Source of the DNA: a virus
Length of the DNA: 64,000 nt
IMG/VR virus record: IMGVR_UViG_3300032770_000004
Span: 105,963 to 169,962 of that record
Reading direction: 5' to 3' (one strand)
The position numbers and the translations under genes were made by a program. Shown piece after piece: positions 48,564-58,333 of this stretch. The notes beneath the pieces are model-generated. The model searched no databases, was not told the origin of the DNA, and worked only from the letters and a program-made list of their open reading frames with translations. Position 1 is the first letter of the stretch. Every line of letters begins with the position of its first letter.

Positions 48564-48780
48564 CTACTTCGACCTTCAGAGCTGCTCGCAGCTTCAAGAC
48601 TACTTGTTGATACAACTCCTCAACTTCCTCTTCTGTCATCAGAAGCGCCTGTGCAATTGCTTTAGGGGGCGCTCCATCGGGATAACGTTCAAGCATCTTC
48701 TTGAGGCTGTTGTCAAAACGTTTAACATTGACAAAATCAGGATCTTCAGCAATCTTACGTCTCGTTTCTTCCACTGTCAT
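48556..48780 (-). CDS. stand-alone sigma70 region 4-like HTH protein
   Basis: GAPPKAIAQALLMTEEEVEELYQQVVLKLRAAL matches the region 4.2 pattern. Confidence 0.6.
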   Translation of the reverse strand: MTVEETRRKIAEDPDFVNVKRFDNSLKKMLERYPDGAPPKAIAQALLMTEEEVEELYQQVVLKLRAALKVEVDG

Positions 48781-49171
48781 TTCGTTTGAACTCCAATATC
48801 TTAGCTGTGGTTCTAGGTGGTGATTCTACCTTCTTGAGTTGATCCTGCAAAGCTTTTCTTGCTATAGCAAGATCAGACTCGGTATCCTTCAGAAGCTTAC
48901 GAACCGTCTTCAGCTCCTCTGTTGTTGTTTTGAGACGCTCTTGAGACCTTTCCAGCGCTCTTAATGCAGTAAGGTATTCTGTCATTTTCACAACAGGTGC
49001 TTCTTTCTTGAGGTAGCGAAGATTCTTCCTAGCAGTATCTACTGCCACCTTGGCATTATCTGTGGCTACTGCCTGTTTCTTGGCTAGCTCTTGATAGTTA
49101 TTGAGATCATGCACTAAGGTATCGATTAGGAACTCTAGTGCTTCAACATCATTATCTGGAACGTCTGCCAT
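48755..49171 (-). CDS. coiled-coil hypothetical protein
   Basis: 138 aa with a heptad pattern. Confidence 0.65.
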   Translation of the reverse strand: MADVPDNDVEALEFLIDTLVHDLNNYQELAKKQAVATDNAKVAVDTARKNLRYLKKEAPVVKMTEYLTALRALERSQERLKTTTEELKTVRKLLKDTESDLAIARKALQDQLKKVESPPRTTAKILEFKRNDSGRNET

Positions 49172-50420
49172 TGGCCACCTTGCCGAATTCGGCTGGGCCC
49201 GGAAAAGGCTTGACGATATTGTCTAGAGAAGCGTCTCTGTCGGTCTTCTCGTCAACGAGGATTTCCATTCGGTGACCGATAATGATACCGGGAACGGATT
49301 CCCAAATCTGCTGGCAACATGCTGTCTGCATGATTCCGATAGCCTGTGCATACTCATCACTGGGTACAAGGCAACCATTAGTCAGAAGCACTACATTGTT
49401 TGGCAGGCGAGTCGATGAAGCTACATGGACATGGCCAACGCCGAATAGCTGAGCCTTTTCGAGGGTGTTGATTTCGTTGATTTGCTTGCGTACATGCTCA
49501 ACATTGATTGACTTGTTTGGGAAGCCTACATTGAGCACGGTATCGCCGTGAGTCATGAACCCGCGCTGATCGAATGCCTCGTATATGTAGTATGGCTTAA
49601 GAGGAATATCTACGCTGACATTCGGAGTGTCCTTAAGAGCCATCTTGAGGGCGGCGTAAATCATGTTCTCGATGCTATCCCATTTCTGGTTGATAGCTCG
49701 GTCTGGATGGCGATCTCCACGTCGACCGTGATTACCGGGAGACGTGAATACCTTAACCTCTTTGAACTGACTAGAAAGGAAGCGTATGGCCTGTTCCAGA
49801 TTCCAAAGAGCCCTCTGAAACTGTTCGGCTAGAGGAGCGTTGGCTTCCTTATCGTGAAGCTTACCCTGAATGACATCGCCAATCAGGTGAACATAGAGAA
49901 CGGTTTCATCGCGGTATTGAGGCTTCCAATCGGCTGCTGTCTTTACTACAGCAGCGGTTCTGCGAGCCTCTTCTGTGACTCCGTATTGGTAACCAGTCTC
50001 AGGAGCGATCAAATCCGATCCATAGTGTAGGTCTGAAAGCATCAGATTCAAGATTCGAGCCGTCTTGACGTTCTTCTTGCCTTTGTATGGAATCGCTGGA
50101 GGTAGCGGGTGCTTCTCCATTAGGGCATCTAAGCTTCCAAGGAAGATTTGATTGCGTACCAGTACATTGGCAGCCGTACGGCCCCTTTTGACATCATGCA
50201 TCTGAATCTGTTCATCTGCACGCTCCTCAAGGATCTCTTTAATCTGTCTGTTTTCTTCTTCTCGAATACTGGCCCTATGTGCTCTGCGCTTGTCATCATT
50301 GCAAGCCTTGCAATCGTTGTTTAGACCATCTGCGTGCGACCTGTGTCGATAGAAGAAGTCTGTCGTTGCGGGAAAGTCTTCCCCACAAACAGTACACGTT
50401 TTAGTTTTTTGAATCATCAA
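49152..50420 (-). CDS. metallophosphoesterase with N-terminal zinc finger
   Basis: KTCTVCG...FFY......GLNNDCKAC finger; SDLHYG, IGD, PGNHG, THGD and GHVH motifs. Confidence 0.85.
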   Translation of the reverse strand: MMIQKTKTCTVCGEDFPATTDFFYRHRSHADGLNNDCKACNDDKRRAHRASIREEENRQIKEILEERADEQIQMHDVKRGRTAANVLVRNQIFLGSLDALMEKHPLPPAIPYKGKKNVKTARILNLMLSDLHYGSDLIAPETGYQYGVTEEARRTAAVVKTAADWKPQYRDETVLYVHLIGDVIQGKLHDKEANAPLAEQFQRALWNLEQAIRFLSSQFKEVKVFTSPGNHGRRGDRHPDRAINQKWDSIENMIYAALKMALKDTPNVSVDIPLKPYYIYEAFDQRGFMTHGDTVLNVGFPNKSINVEHVRKQINEINTLEKAQLFGVGHVHVASSTRLPNNVVLLTNGCLVPSDEYAQAIGIMQTACCQQIWESVPGIIIGHRMEILVDEKTDRDASLDNIVKPFPGPAEFGKVANGRRSR

Positions 50421-51010
50421 TTCGCCTCGGGCACCAAGGGTCCAACGGTCTCGGTCTTGGCTTCAACTGGCGCTGTATTCTCAGAAGATCCTTCGGTTTT
50501 CAGTGCCACATCTTCCTTGGCTACGATCTCGTAGACTTCCTGGACGGTAAATGTATTGCCTGCTGGCGAGGTGATGACAGTCCCAGCACCCTTACCAGTT
50601 AGCTGCTCACGGAATTGAGGCTGAAGTTGCTCAAACATAAACTGGACTCGCGAAACAGGTTCAGTGGGCTTACCATCAGGAGTCTGTTCCTTAAACACTA
50701 CGAGAGTGCGTTCGCCAACTACTGAAACAGGCTTCATGACGCCCTGTTCAATAAGGGTAGCCATCTGCTTCTGTTCTTCTTCAGACTTAGTGATGGCCTT
50801 CTGACGACGATTGGCGATCACGGTGTTCTCTACTACCTCAACACCAAAGTTCTGTACCAATGCATCCAGAATCTCTACGGATTGGCTGAATTGCGACTGA
50901 AGGTTTTGAACCATTCCAATGAGCTGAGGAACTACTTGTTCGAGCGCGGTTACGCGCTGCATTGCATCACGGGCATTCTTTCGGGCTAGATTTGCGATTG
51001 TTTCTGACAT
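50417..51010 (-). CDS. coiled-coil protein with FKBP/GreA-C-like domain
   Basis: C-terminal LVVFKEQTPDGKP...PQFREQLTGKGAGTVI...FTVQEVY. Confidence 0.45.
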   Translation of the reverse strand: MSETIANLARKNARDAMQRVTALEQVVPQLIGMVQNLQSQFSQSVEILDALVQNFGVEVVENTVIANRRQKAITKSEEEQKQMATLIEQGVMKPVSVVGERTLVVFKEQTPDGKPTEPVSRVQFMFEQLQPQFREQLTGKGAGTVITSPAGNTFTVQEVYEIVAKEDVALKTEGSSENTAPVEAKTETVGPLVPEAN

Positions 51011-51013
51011 ATT

Positions 51014-51955
51014 TTATCTCTTAGGGAAGACGCTGGTCGGCGAGAATATACTACCACTTGCGACCGGGTCTTGGTTTTCTGCCACTTTTGCATGAGCAGC
51101 AGCAACCATGGCCATTGCTGTGCTGTTTAGTCTAGGAACCGGCCTAATTACATTCGGGCCGGAAGCTCTTGATTCTCCAAGAGAGACGTTCTTCCAGAAG
51201 AGAGCGCCTTCTGCTCCACCGGCTATGATGAACTTTTGTCCTTCAGGGCCGATGAAGTGCTCGCCTCTTTTGTCAATGGCACGTGAATACTTGCGTTTGT
51301 CTTTAGGTTCACGCCAGATCTCATCGCCATTTTCGGTTACGTCTCTCTGTTTGAAGCTTACTAGATGCTCTCCGTTCTCGTCAAGAACTCGCTTGTACTT
51401 GATATCACCAACAATCAGTTCCTCTGGTAGATCGGGCAGATCTACCGTCTTCTTGAGACGACCACGAGGTTTTGGCTGGGCGGGAGCCGCTTCGGTTTTC
51501 TTTAAAGGCTTGGTTTGAACTCGTGGCGATGCGACCTTAGTAGTAGGGGCTGTAGGGCCCTGTACAGGCTTAAACGAAGGCTCCTTGGGTTCTGCCAGTT
51601 CTGGCTTCTTCAAGAGCTTGGCTACGAGCTGCTTTAGGACCTTAGTTTCCTCTTGGGTGAACGCATTCGCAGAGCCATTAGATGTTGGTTTTTCAGATTC
51701 TACCCCCAACAGTACCTTGAGACGTTGACGAGCGAACTCGCGATACTCTTGAGCTACTTCCAATGCGAGATCGCTGAAATCGTTGTCGAAAAGCTCGGCA
51801 TTGATGATTGTACGATGATATTGAGCTTTGGCAAAACGTCTCTCTGCCTCGCTCATCTCTTCGTCAACGGTCTTCTCTAGTGTTTCTACCGCAGGCTCGT
51901 CTTGGGTTATCTGTTCCAATACGTCATCTGGGGAATCAAAATCATACTTTGGCAT
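51014..51955 (-). CDS. hypothetical protein
   Basis: 313 aa; acidic helical N-terminus and a P/K-rich linker; TGcTATGCT extended -10 upstream. Confidence 0.7.
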   Translation of the reverse strand: MPKYDFDSPDDVLEQITQDEPAVETLEKTVDEEMSEAERRFAKAQYHRTIINAELFDNDFSDLALEVAQEYREFARQRLKVLLGVESEKPTSNGSANAFTQEETKVLKQLVAKLLKKPELAEPKEPSFKPVQGPTAPTTKVASPRVQTKPLKKTEAAPAQPKPRGRLKKTVDLPDLPEELIVGDIKYKRVLDENGEHLVSFKQRDVTENGDEIWREPKDKRKYSRAIDKRGEHFIGPEGQKFIIAGGAEGALFWKNVSLGESRASGPNVIRPVPRLNSTAMAMVAAAHAKVAENQDPVASGSIFSPTSVFPKR

Positions 51956-51994
51956 CTACAATACCTTCAATTGCCTTACAGCATAGCACATCTT

Positions 51995-52441
51995 TTACTT
52001 AGTGCCAGTACTGCCGAAGCCACCTGATCCACGTGAGGTATCTGAAAGCTCGGAAACCTCTACCAATTCAGTCCTTGGAACTTCGCATACAACCATCTGC
52101 GCGATGCGATCTCCAGGTTTAATGTTGATGATTTCTTCAAGCGATCCCAGCTGTGTGCTCTTAATTAGAGCTACCTTCACTTCGCCTCGATAGTCACTGT
52201 CAATCGTACCAGGGGTATTGACAACAGTGATGCCTTGTTTGACGGCAAGGCCGCTGCGAGGACGAATTTGAATCTCATAGCCGGGCGGCACTTCCATTGC
52301 CCAGCCAGTAGAGACCAACGTCACGGTGTGGTTGCGAACAGAAGCTTCTTCTGCCGCATACAAATCATACCCAGAAGAGCCAGGGGTAGCCTGGGTAGGG
52401 AGTTTGGCTGTTTCCTTCAACTTCTTTAGTTTTACTTGCAT
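51995..52441 (-). CDS. dut: dUTPase (trimeric)
   Basis: SGYDL, RPRSGLA, GTIDSDYRGE, GDRIAQ and RGSGGFGSTG motifs. Confidence 0.97.
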   Translation of the reverse strand: MQVKLKKLKETAKLPTQATPGSSGYDLYAAEEASVRNHTVTLVSTGWAMEVPPGYEIQIRPRSGLAVKQGITVVNTPGTIDSDYRGEVKVALIKSTQLGSLEEIINIKPGDRIAQMVVCEVPRTELVEVSELSDTSRGSGGFGSTGTK

Positions 52442-52452
52442 TTAGATTCTCC

Positions 52453-55089
52453 TTACCCACAAGATCCTGCCTTGCTGATTTCACAGATATCCGTACCTTC
52501 GACAAAGACTTCACCGACGTGTTTAATTGCGGTTGAATATTTGACTGGGGATAACGGCTGGCCACCACGTGCTCCATCTGGGTAAACAGTCACTCCACGA
52601 AGCTTCGGGAGGTACTTGATGAGCATTGTACCAAATTCGCGAACCTTACTGTCGTTGTTCAACTCGGATCCCCATGAAGGTAGATTGATAGTCGAGCTAA
52701 TTCCGTGGTCGACATACTGCTGAACCCAAGCCTGGAATGCCACGCGGCGTTCCACATTTTCTGCAAGAGTGTAGGCATCTTCGATGATGTCAGGATTCAC
52801 ACCAGAATCAATCAAACGCTGTGCGGTTGGATCCACAACATACTGATACTGAACCAGCTGGCCCTTTAGATAGCGACGCTTATAGGCAACGCAAAAAATG
52901 GGCTCAATTCCAGTAGTGGTCTCGGCAACGATGCCGATTGTTCCCGTGGGGGCAATAGCACGAGTCTTGACAGGAACAGAGAGGTCCCATTCCTTGGCGT
53001 ACTTCTTTGCGTAGACATCAGAGGTGGCATAAATCTTAAGGTACTCTTCCAAATCTGGATCCGGGCCATATGTCTTACCATGCATCAATAGCCACTCGTG
53101 AAGGCCCATTAGACCCAAACCAAGGCGACGATTTTTAGTGCGGATTTTGTCAACTAGAGGGTAGGGAACATCCGAATAGACACTTCCAGCTAGAAGGAAA
53201 GCGGTTGCCAATTCCACTGCGCGTTTCATTTCTTCCAAGGACTCAATACGCGAGAGATTAATACTGCCAATGTTACAGATGTCACTATCGTCAGAACTGG
53301 TGATTTCAGTACAATTGGCAATGACAACGCCTTCCGCAACAAAGGAGTGCTCTGGAACACCTACATCACAACAGTAGACATCCTGATCCACATCAGATGT
53401 GACCGAAACGACCTTGATGGTAGTAGAACGGTAAGGTGTGTGTGGATTTGGCTTGATGCGAACAGTCGGAATCAGCTCAATGAATCTGTTGACAGAACTT
53501 TCGTTGACGGTCAGATTCCATCCTTGATGGTTGCCAAACGTAGAAATACCAGCAGCAGAAATACCAGATTGGATACCCAAGGTTTCAAGCGCCCTACGAG
53601 CACCTTCCAAAAAAGACCTATGTACAGACGACAATCGAATTCTGTTTTGATCCTTATCGTAGGACCCGTCTGAGTCAAAAAGACCTGCGATAAAGGACGC
53701 TGTAGATGTCACACGATCACACTGTTCGTTAAACATGTCCATGGATTCTGGATAGATTTCTTTGGTTCGACCTCGAAATACCTCATCCTTAAGGTACATT
53801 CTAGTATAGCCACGCCCATCTCTTTCGGTTACCGACTGAATTAGCGGACTACCTGCCATAGCGCTTACGCACTTTTTGGATTCGTCTGTACAGAAAGTGA
53901 TTTCGGCACGATTTTCGTAGCGCTTACAGAAGCTACCGTCTCCATACGTGTATCCTAAGACGTATGACTCACGGTCTCGGTTACCTACCTTGACTGAAGG
54001 TAGAGACACTGCCAAAACGTCACCTTCTTCAAGAAGCCCGGCAGGAATGCGTTCTGTCTTGACGAGTTTTCTACGCTCACCAGCGCCTTCGTATCGTTCT
54101 ACTAAAAACTCATGAGTAGGATCGGCAACGATCTCGCGACCACCAGTCATTGTCACCCTAACCGTAGCAGCCATCTCTTTGGTGCGCTTAAATTCTGTCG
54201 TAGCCCATTGTGAACCGGTCCAGACTGTCACCTTATGGCCAACGATAGCACCTACCTGACGGTATCCGGTAGAAGTCAATACCCAAGTATCGGCGGCCAC
54301 TGGAGCGTTGCGAAGGTTCTCCTTCACGTTCTTACCGATATCGATACTGAATCCAGGCTCAGCTGTCTTGAGCATTTGACGCACTGTCGCCCAGTACACT
54401 GATTGTGCATATCCATGCTTTTCGTGTTTAGAGTCGTGATATGCCTCGAAGAATTCATCATCAAGGATGACCGAAATGTTGGTGCCGTCCATTGTGGCTG
54501 GGAAGTTGTAGTCTTTTTCCTTCAGAGCACGGACTTCGGGGATCCAATTTTTGAGGGTGATGAACTTCTGGCTATCAGCATGGCTCCAATGAAGGCCCGC
54601 CCAAATGGCTGAACGGCGAGAGCCGCCTTGCATAATGCCTCTACCAGCTTCATTGACCATCTGCATTAGAGCAAGCGGGCCAGTAGCAAATCCACCAGTC
54701 TTACGAATGGGTTTGCCTTCAGCTCGAACATCCGAATACACTATGCCAATCCCGGCTCCAGTCATAAGAGCCATAGAGGATTTATGCATCAAGTCAGCCC
54801 AACCCTCGCGGCTATCTTCAGCACGCATCAGGAGGCAGTTCTGGGTCTGATGGAATGGACGACCAGAAGCATAAAGATATCGGCCTCCAGGCATGAATTT
54901 GCGATCAGCGATCAGCTTCTCGATTTCTTTCACGAGAGGCTTTGGTGCATTGACAGCACGCATGACTGCATGAGATACACGCTTAGCAATTTCTTCCCAT
55001 GTTTCTTTTTTACCATCAGCAAGAGTATGAGAATACTTCTGGAGCATAATCGCGTGCGCGAATGGAGAAAACGACTTAGGGTCTTTCAT
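52453..55089 (-). CDS. nrdJ: ribonucleotide reductase, probably class II (B12-dependent), intein-containing
   Basis: FMPGGR, NC, QGGSRRSA, NA|CTE, CNIGSINL, RRLGLG, IAPTGT, GIEP and ISSTINL motifs; no ATP cone and no nrdB in the window; start moved to MKDPKSF. Confidence 0.88.
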   Translation of the reverse strand: MKDPKSFSPFAHAIMLQKYSHTLADGKKETWEEIAKRVSHAVMRAVNAPKPLVKEIEKLIADRKFMPGGRYLYASGRPFHQTQNCLLMRAEDSREGWADLMHKSSMALMTGAGIGIVYSDVRAEGKPIRKTGGFATGPLALMQMVNEAGRGIMQGGSRRSAIWAGLHWSHADSQKFITLKNWIPEVRALKEKDYNFPATMDGTNISVILDDEFFEAYHDSKHEKHGYAQSVYWATVRQMLKTAEPGFSIDIGKNVKENLRNAPVAADTWVLTSTGYRQVGAIVGHKVTVWTGSQWATTEFKRTKEMAATVRVTMTGGREIVADPTHEFLVERYEGAGERRKLVKTERIPAGLLEEGDVLAVSLPSVKVGNRDRESYVLGYTYGDGSFCKRYENRAEITFCTDESKKCVSAMAGSPLIQSVTERDGRGYTRMYLKDEVFRGRTKEIYPESMDMFNEQCDRVTSTASFIAGLFDSDGSYDKDQNRIRLSSVHRSFLEGARRALETLGIQSGISAAGISTFGNHQGWNLTVNESSVNRFIELIPTVRIKPNPHTPYRSTTIKVVSVTSDVDQDVYCCDVGVPEHSFVAEGVVIANCTEITSSDDSDICNIGSINLSRIESLEEMKRAVELATAFLLAGSVYSDVPYPLVDKIRTKNRRLGLGLMGLHEWLLMHGKTYGPDPDLEEYLKIYATSDVYAKKYAKEWDLSVPVKTRAIAPTGTIGIVAETTTGIEPIFCVAYKRRYLKGQLVQYQYVVDPTAQRLIDSGVNPDIIEDAYTLAENVERRVAFQAWVQQYVDHGISSTINLPSWGSELNNDSKVREFGTMLIKYLPKLRGVTVYPDGARGGQPLSPVKYSTAIKHVGEVFVEGTDICEISKAGSCG
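53314..54303 (-). mobile_element. 330-aa intein with LAGLIDADG homing endonuclease, starting with Pro
   Basis: PVAADTWVLTSTGY...ADPTHEF...LGYTYGDGS...IAGLFDSDGS...VYCCDV..HSFVAEGVVIAN|C; removal restores NACTE. Confidence 0.9.
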
Positions 55090-55436
55090 TTCTTTTCCTT
55101 GGGCGGCTTCCAAACGGTGTCATCTTTGGGCCGGATCGATTCATAGTTTTGGAGATAGTCTGCGACTCGTTGGGCTCTACGTACGTTAATGCCCCTACCC
55201 ACAAAGGTCGTATTACAACGAAAACAAAGCAGCCCGCGCACGTAAAGTTTACGTTGCTCGGGCGGCATTTTCTTCCATTTCTTGACATGGAAGTGGTCTA
55301 TACAAAGACGGCCCTTGGTTGGTTCTTGTTCGCAAACGAAGCAGACGCCACCTTGGCGATCCAAAATTGCTTGCCATTCTTCAAGAGACAGGCCGTATTT
55401 CTTCAGCGTGGCTGGTGAAGGAGCAAGTACTTTCAT
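55086..55436 (-). CDS. endonuclease VII-family nuclease (possible Holliday junction resolvase)
   Basis: KKYGLS.......QGGVCFVC......LCIDHFH....VRGLLCFRCN. Confidence 0.85.
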   Translation of the reverse strand: MKVLAPSPATLKKYGLSLEEWQAILDRQGGVCFVCEQEPTKGRLCIDHFHVKKWKKMPPEQRKLYVRGLLCFRCNTTFVGRGINVRRAQRVADYLQNYESIRPKDDTVWKPPKEKK

Positions 55437-55451
55437 TTGCGTTACAGCTGA

Positions 55452-55458
55452 AGATTAC
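55452..55458 (-). promoter_or_regulatory. GTAATCT element
   Basis: Intergenic, 15 nt before ATG 55436. Confidence 0.55.
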
Positions 55459-55461
55459 GCC

Positions 55462-55827
55462 TTAGCTCTTGTAAGGATTGTAAGGATTGGCCTTTACAGC
55501 GGCGACCAGAGAATCTACGGTGGGATTCTCGATAGCGGTTGGATCATTTCCCTTATCTTCGAGTACCTGTCGGCAGTATGCCAGCTTTATTTTGGTAGCC
55601 TTCTTGCTATCGGAATAGACCTTACTGGCAGTAGCAAAGGCACTCTTCGCTTCTTGGTAGTGCTGATCTTCCTTTTGTGCTTCCATTAGAGCTGCATGTT
55701 CAAGAACGAGGCTTGCTACTCGTTGCTTGATCTCAGTAGGCGAAGACTGAGCGACAGCATCTTTGAATTCTGTGGTGAGGTTGTCAAAAACATCTTTGTT
55801 CTTTTTGATAGTGAATTTTTTGCTCAT
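55462..55827 (-). CDS. helical hypothetical protein
   Basis: Start moved to MSKKFT, 9 nt after a TATAAT. Confidence 0.65.
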   Translation of the reverse strand: MSKKFTIKKNKDVFDNLTTEFKDAVAQSSPTEIKQRVASLVLEHAALMEAQKEDQHYQEAKSAFATASKVYSDSKKATKIKLAYCRQVLEDKGNDPTAIENPTVDSLVAAVKANPYNPYKS

Positions 55828-55837
55828 AGTCCGAGCA

Positions 55838-56086
55838 TTATACACCATCAAGTCGAGGATGGAAGTAGGATCCGCAGCGCTTTCTAGAAATGAGATCTGA
55901 CGATGCCATAAGCCAACAAAGTGCAACTCTCTCTGATTCTGTCATGTAATGTTGGCCCGGAAGAGTGGCGTTGACGTTTATCGTAGTGATGTAATGACGA
56001 GCACGCATTCGTAAGAAGTCTAGATCTTCTTTGGTGAACTCGACTTCTACGGGCAGGGAAGCAGGAGCATCAACTTCATCGAACAT
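55838..56086 (-). CDS. hypothetical protein
   Basis: 82 aa, TAATG-coupled to sbcC. Confidence 0.55.
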   Translation of the reverse strand: MFDEVDAPASLPVEVEFTKEDLDFLRMRARHYITTINVNATLPGQHYMTESERVALCWLMASSDLISRKRCGSYFHPRLDGV

Positions 56087-57909
56087 TAGACCACCACGCT
56101 TTGGCCGTTGGCGTATACGACGTCAATGACCTTTAGGAAGTTCTCTTTGAACTCGCTAGCGTGATCGATTACCAGTACGAGGCGCGTCTCCGCAAACTCG
56201 CGAAGTACTTCGAGGGCGGTTTCGAAGGTCACCTGACCTACGCCAACGAAGACTTCATCTAGGCAGAGCCAGCCTATGGTCTTGCCTGCACGGCGGCTGA
56301 TGACAGTGATGACAGCAAGATCTACTTGCTGCTCTACACTAGTCTGCATACCTCCGCTTAGACCTGACTTCAACTTAGCTTGATTGCCGTTGACATTAAC
56401 GACTGCATTGATTTGACGTCGGCCTATGCCCTTGCCACTTACCTTCTCGGTCTGGAATCCGATCCGGACATTGGTGACATTAGCCATGTTGGCGAGGCGA
56501 GCGTTAGCCTCATCTGCAATCTCACGTAGCACATCATCAAAGATTACGCCGAGAAAGCCTTCACGGCCCATCATACTGACAAAATCCCTCTCAGCACGAT
56601 ATTCTGCGTCTAGTTCGTTTACTTGAATTTGCAGATTGTCAACATCCTGCTGTTCCTTTTTGAAGCGAGCCTCTTCTCTGGCTAGATTCGACAGGAGGAT
56701 TTCCTTCATTTTGATGTCATTGGCGACATCCCTCTTAAGGAGTGCCAACTCGTGCTTCCTCTGTGTGAAGTTAGGATCCATCTTCGTCTGGAGCAGCTGA
56801 TCTCGAACCTCTTCCAGCTTTTTGATGTTGGGATCCGTAGTGAAGACCTTCTCCTTGATGGCTCGTTGAACTTTGGCTAGTTCTTCGTTCCAATGGCCAA
56901 TGGCATTTGCCTGGGTGGTGTACATCCGAATTTCTTTTTGAACGATGAGTTGCTCGGCCGTATTGTCATCGTTCTCCCAGACCTGATCGCAGGTATAGCA
57001 GCGATTGTTACGGAGCACCTTTAAGCGCCCTTCGAGAGTCTTAATCTCTTCGAGAGCGTGTTGGCAATCTAGGATAGCCCTAACAAACTGCGGTTCCTGT
57101 GCATGAAGAACAGCAAGCTCTTTGTCATGGATTCGACGGCGATCAGCATCGTTCTTTTTGGCGACTTCCAAGAAGGCTTCAGCTTTGGCAAGCTTATCCT
57201 GGAAGTCCTTCACCTTGTAGGTCTTGTCGAGCTGCTCTAATTCGCTATCGATAGCCACCTGTTTTACCAGAAGAGCCTGAAGTTCTTCTTCGAGTTTGGT
57301 GCGATCAGAGGCGAGGATGGGAGTAAGCGTTTTACGTTTGAATTCCAAGGTCTCACGGAAGACCTGAAGACGCACGTCAATGTCGGCAGCCTTTTTTTCG
57401 GCAGAGTCAACCGCTTTCTCAATTGCTTCTAAACCGAGCACTGCCGTCAAGAACTCAATCTTTTCGGCAGGAGCCAAACTGAGAAACAAGCCTGGAGTCT
57501 TCTGGGCTCTATATGTCAACGCCTTGAGGATGTCTGGCGTGAACCCGAAAAGCTTGACTTGTTCTTCAGCTATGGCTGCTGATCCGGTTATGGTGCGTTC
57601 ACCAATTTTGAGAAAGTTCTTCTTTCCACGTCCGATTATAACCTCTTGACCGTCTGCTTCAAGAGTCAGAGTTACTTGCATCGGTACTTTCGAACCCCAC
57701 GTTTGAAGGTCGGTAGCCGAGAACTCGGAAGGAAGGATATCCAAAGCGTAAGCAATCGCCAGCAGAATACTTGACTTACCAGCTCCACTTGGGTCTCCTG
57801 TTTCTGGATTTTGACCTCTGATCAGAACAAGGCCTTTGTCAGGAAACTTGATGTCAGCATCGGCAAAGCTTCTGAAGCTTTGCATTTTGAGTTCCTTTAG
57901 TTTGACCAT
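56086..57909 (-). CDS. sbcC: SbcC/Rad50/gp46-like ATPase
   Basis: GAGKSS, coiled coil with CYTC zinc hook, LSGG, LCLDE and IDH motifs. Confidence 0.9.
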   Translation of the reverse strand: MVKLKELKMQSFRSFADADIKFPDKGLVLIRGQNPETGDPSGAGKSSILLAIAYALDILPSEFSATDLQTWGSKVPMQVTLTLEADGQEVIIGRGKKNFLKIGERTITGSAAIAEEQVKLFGFTPDILKALTYRAQKTPGLFLSLAPAEKIEFLTAVLGLEAIEKAVDSAEKKAADIDVRLQVFRETLEFKRKTLTPILASDRTKLEEELQALLVKQVAIDSELEQLDKTYKVKDFQDKLAKAEAFLEVAKKNDADRRRIHDKELAVLHAQEPQFVRAILDCQHALEEIKTLEGRLKVLRNNRCYTCDQVWENDDNTAEQLIVQKEIRMYTTQANAIGHWNEELAKVQRAIKEKVFTTDPNIKKLEEVRDQLLQTKMDPNFTQRKHELALLKRDVANDIKMKEILLSNLAREEARFKKEQQDVDNLQIQVNELDAEYRAERDFVSMMGREGFLGVIFDDVLREIADEANARLANMANVTNVRIGFQTEKVSGKGIGRRQINAVVNVNGNQAKLKSGLSGGMQTSVEQQVDLAVITVISRRAGKTIGWLCLDEVFVGVGQVTFETALEVLREFAETRLVLVIDHASEFKENFLKVIDVVYANGQSVVV

Positions 57910-58088
57910 TACGCTGCCTCACCGTGCCAGACCAAAACCGGTTGATTCTTGGTTGGGCACACCCAGAACCACCAAAAGAGAATACCACCGTATTGAGTTT
58001 TGGCATCAACAGGATTCCCCATCTGACTGAACTCTTGGTTTCCATGAGTCTCTCCGCAGCGTGGGCACTTTTTGATGTCAATCTTCAT
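57909..58088 (-). CDS. 59-aa zinc-binding protein (not in ORF track)
   Basis: MKIDIKKCPRCGETHGNQEF...WFWVCPTKNQPVLVWHGEAA*; coupled at both ends. Confidence 0.65.
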   Translation of the reverse strand: MKIDIKKCPRCGETHGNQEFSQMGNPVDAKTQYGGILFWWFWVCPTKNQPVLVWHGEAA

Positions 58089-58333
58089 ATGATTTCTGGA
58101 TCCTTCTTGTCTTTGGCATGGTCCTTAGTTAGTTCGACCGCATCTCGATTGCGTTCTAATGCACGTGGCATCAGACCATTGTCAAGACGCTCCATTACGG
58201 TAGCGGAGCCATTATTCATCATGGTCATCGGCTGACCGCACTCGCATACTATTGATCCACTCTTCGGCAGCTCCGGGAGTAGCTTCCGTTTCGATCTCCC
58301 GCAGCTCGAACAGTTCCATTTGTACAGGGCCAT
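58085..58333 (-). CDS. FmdB-like zinc-ribbon protein
   Basis: MALYKWNCSSCG...VCECG; start moved to 58333. Confidence 0.7.
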   Translation of the reverse strand: MALYKWNCSSCGRSKRKLLPELPKSGSIVCECGQPMTMMNNGSATVMERLDNGLMPRALERNRDAVELTKDHAKDKKDPEII

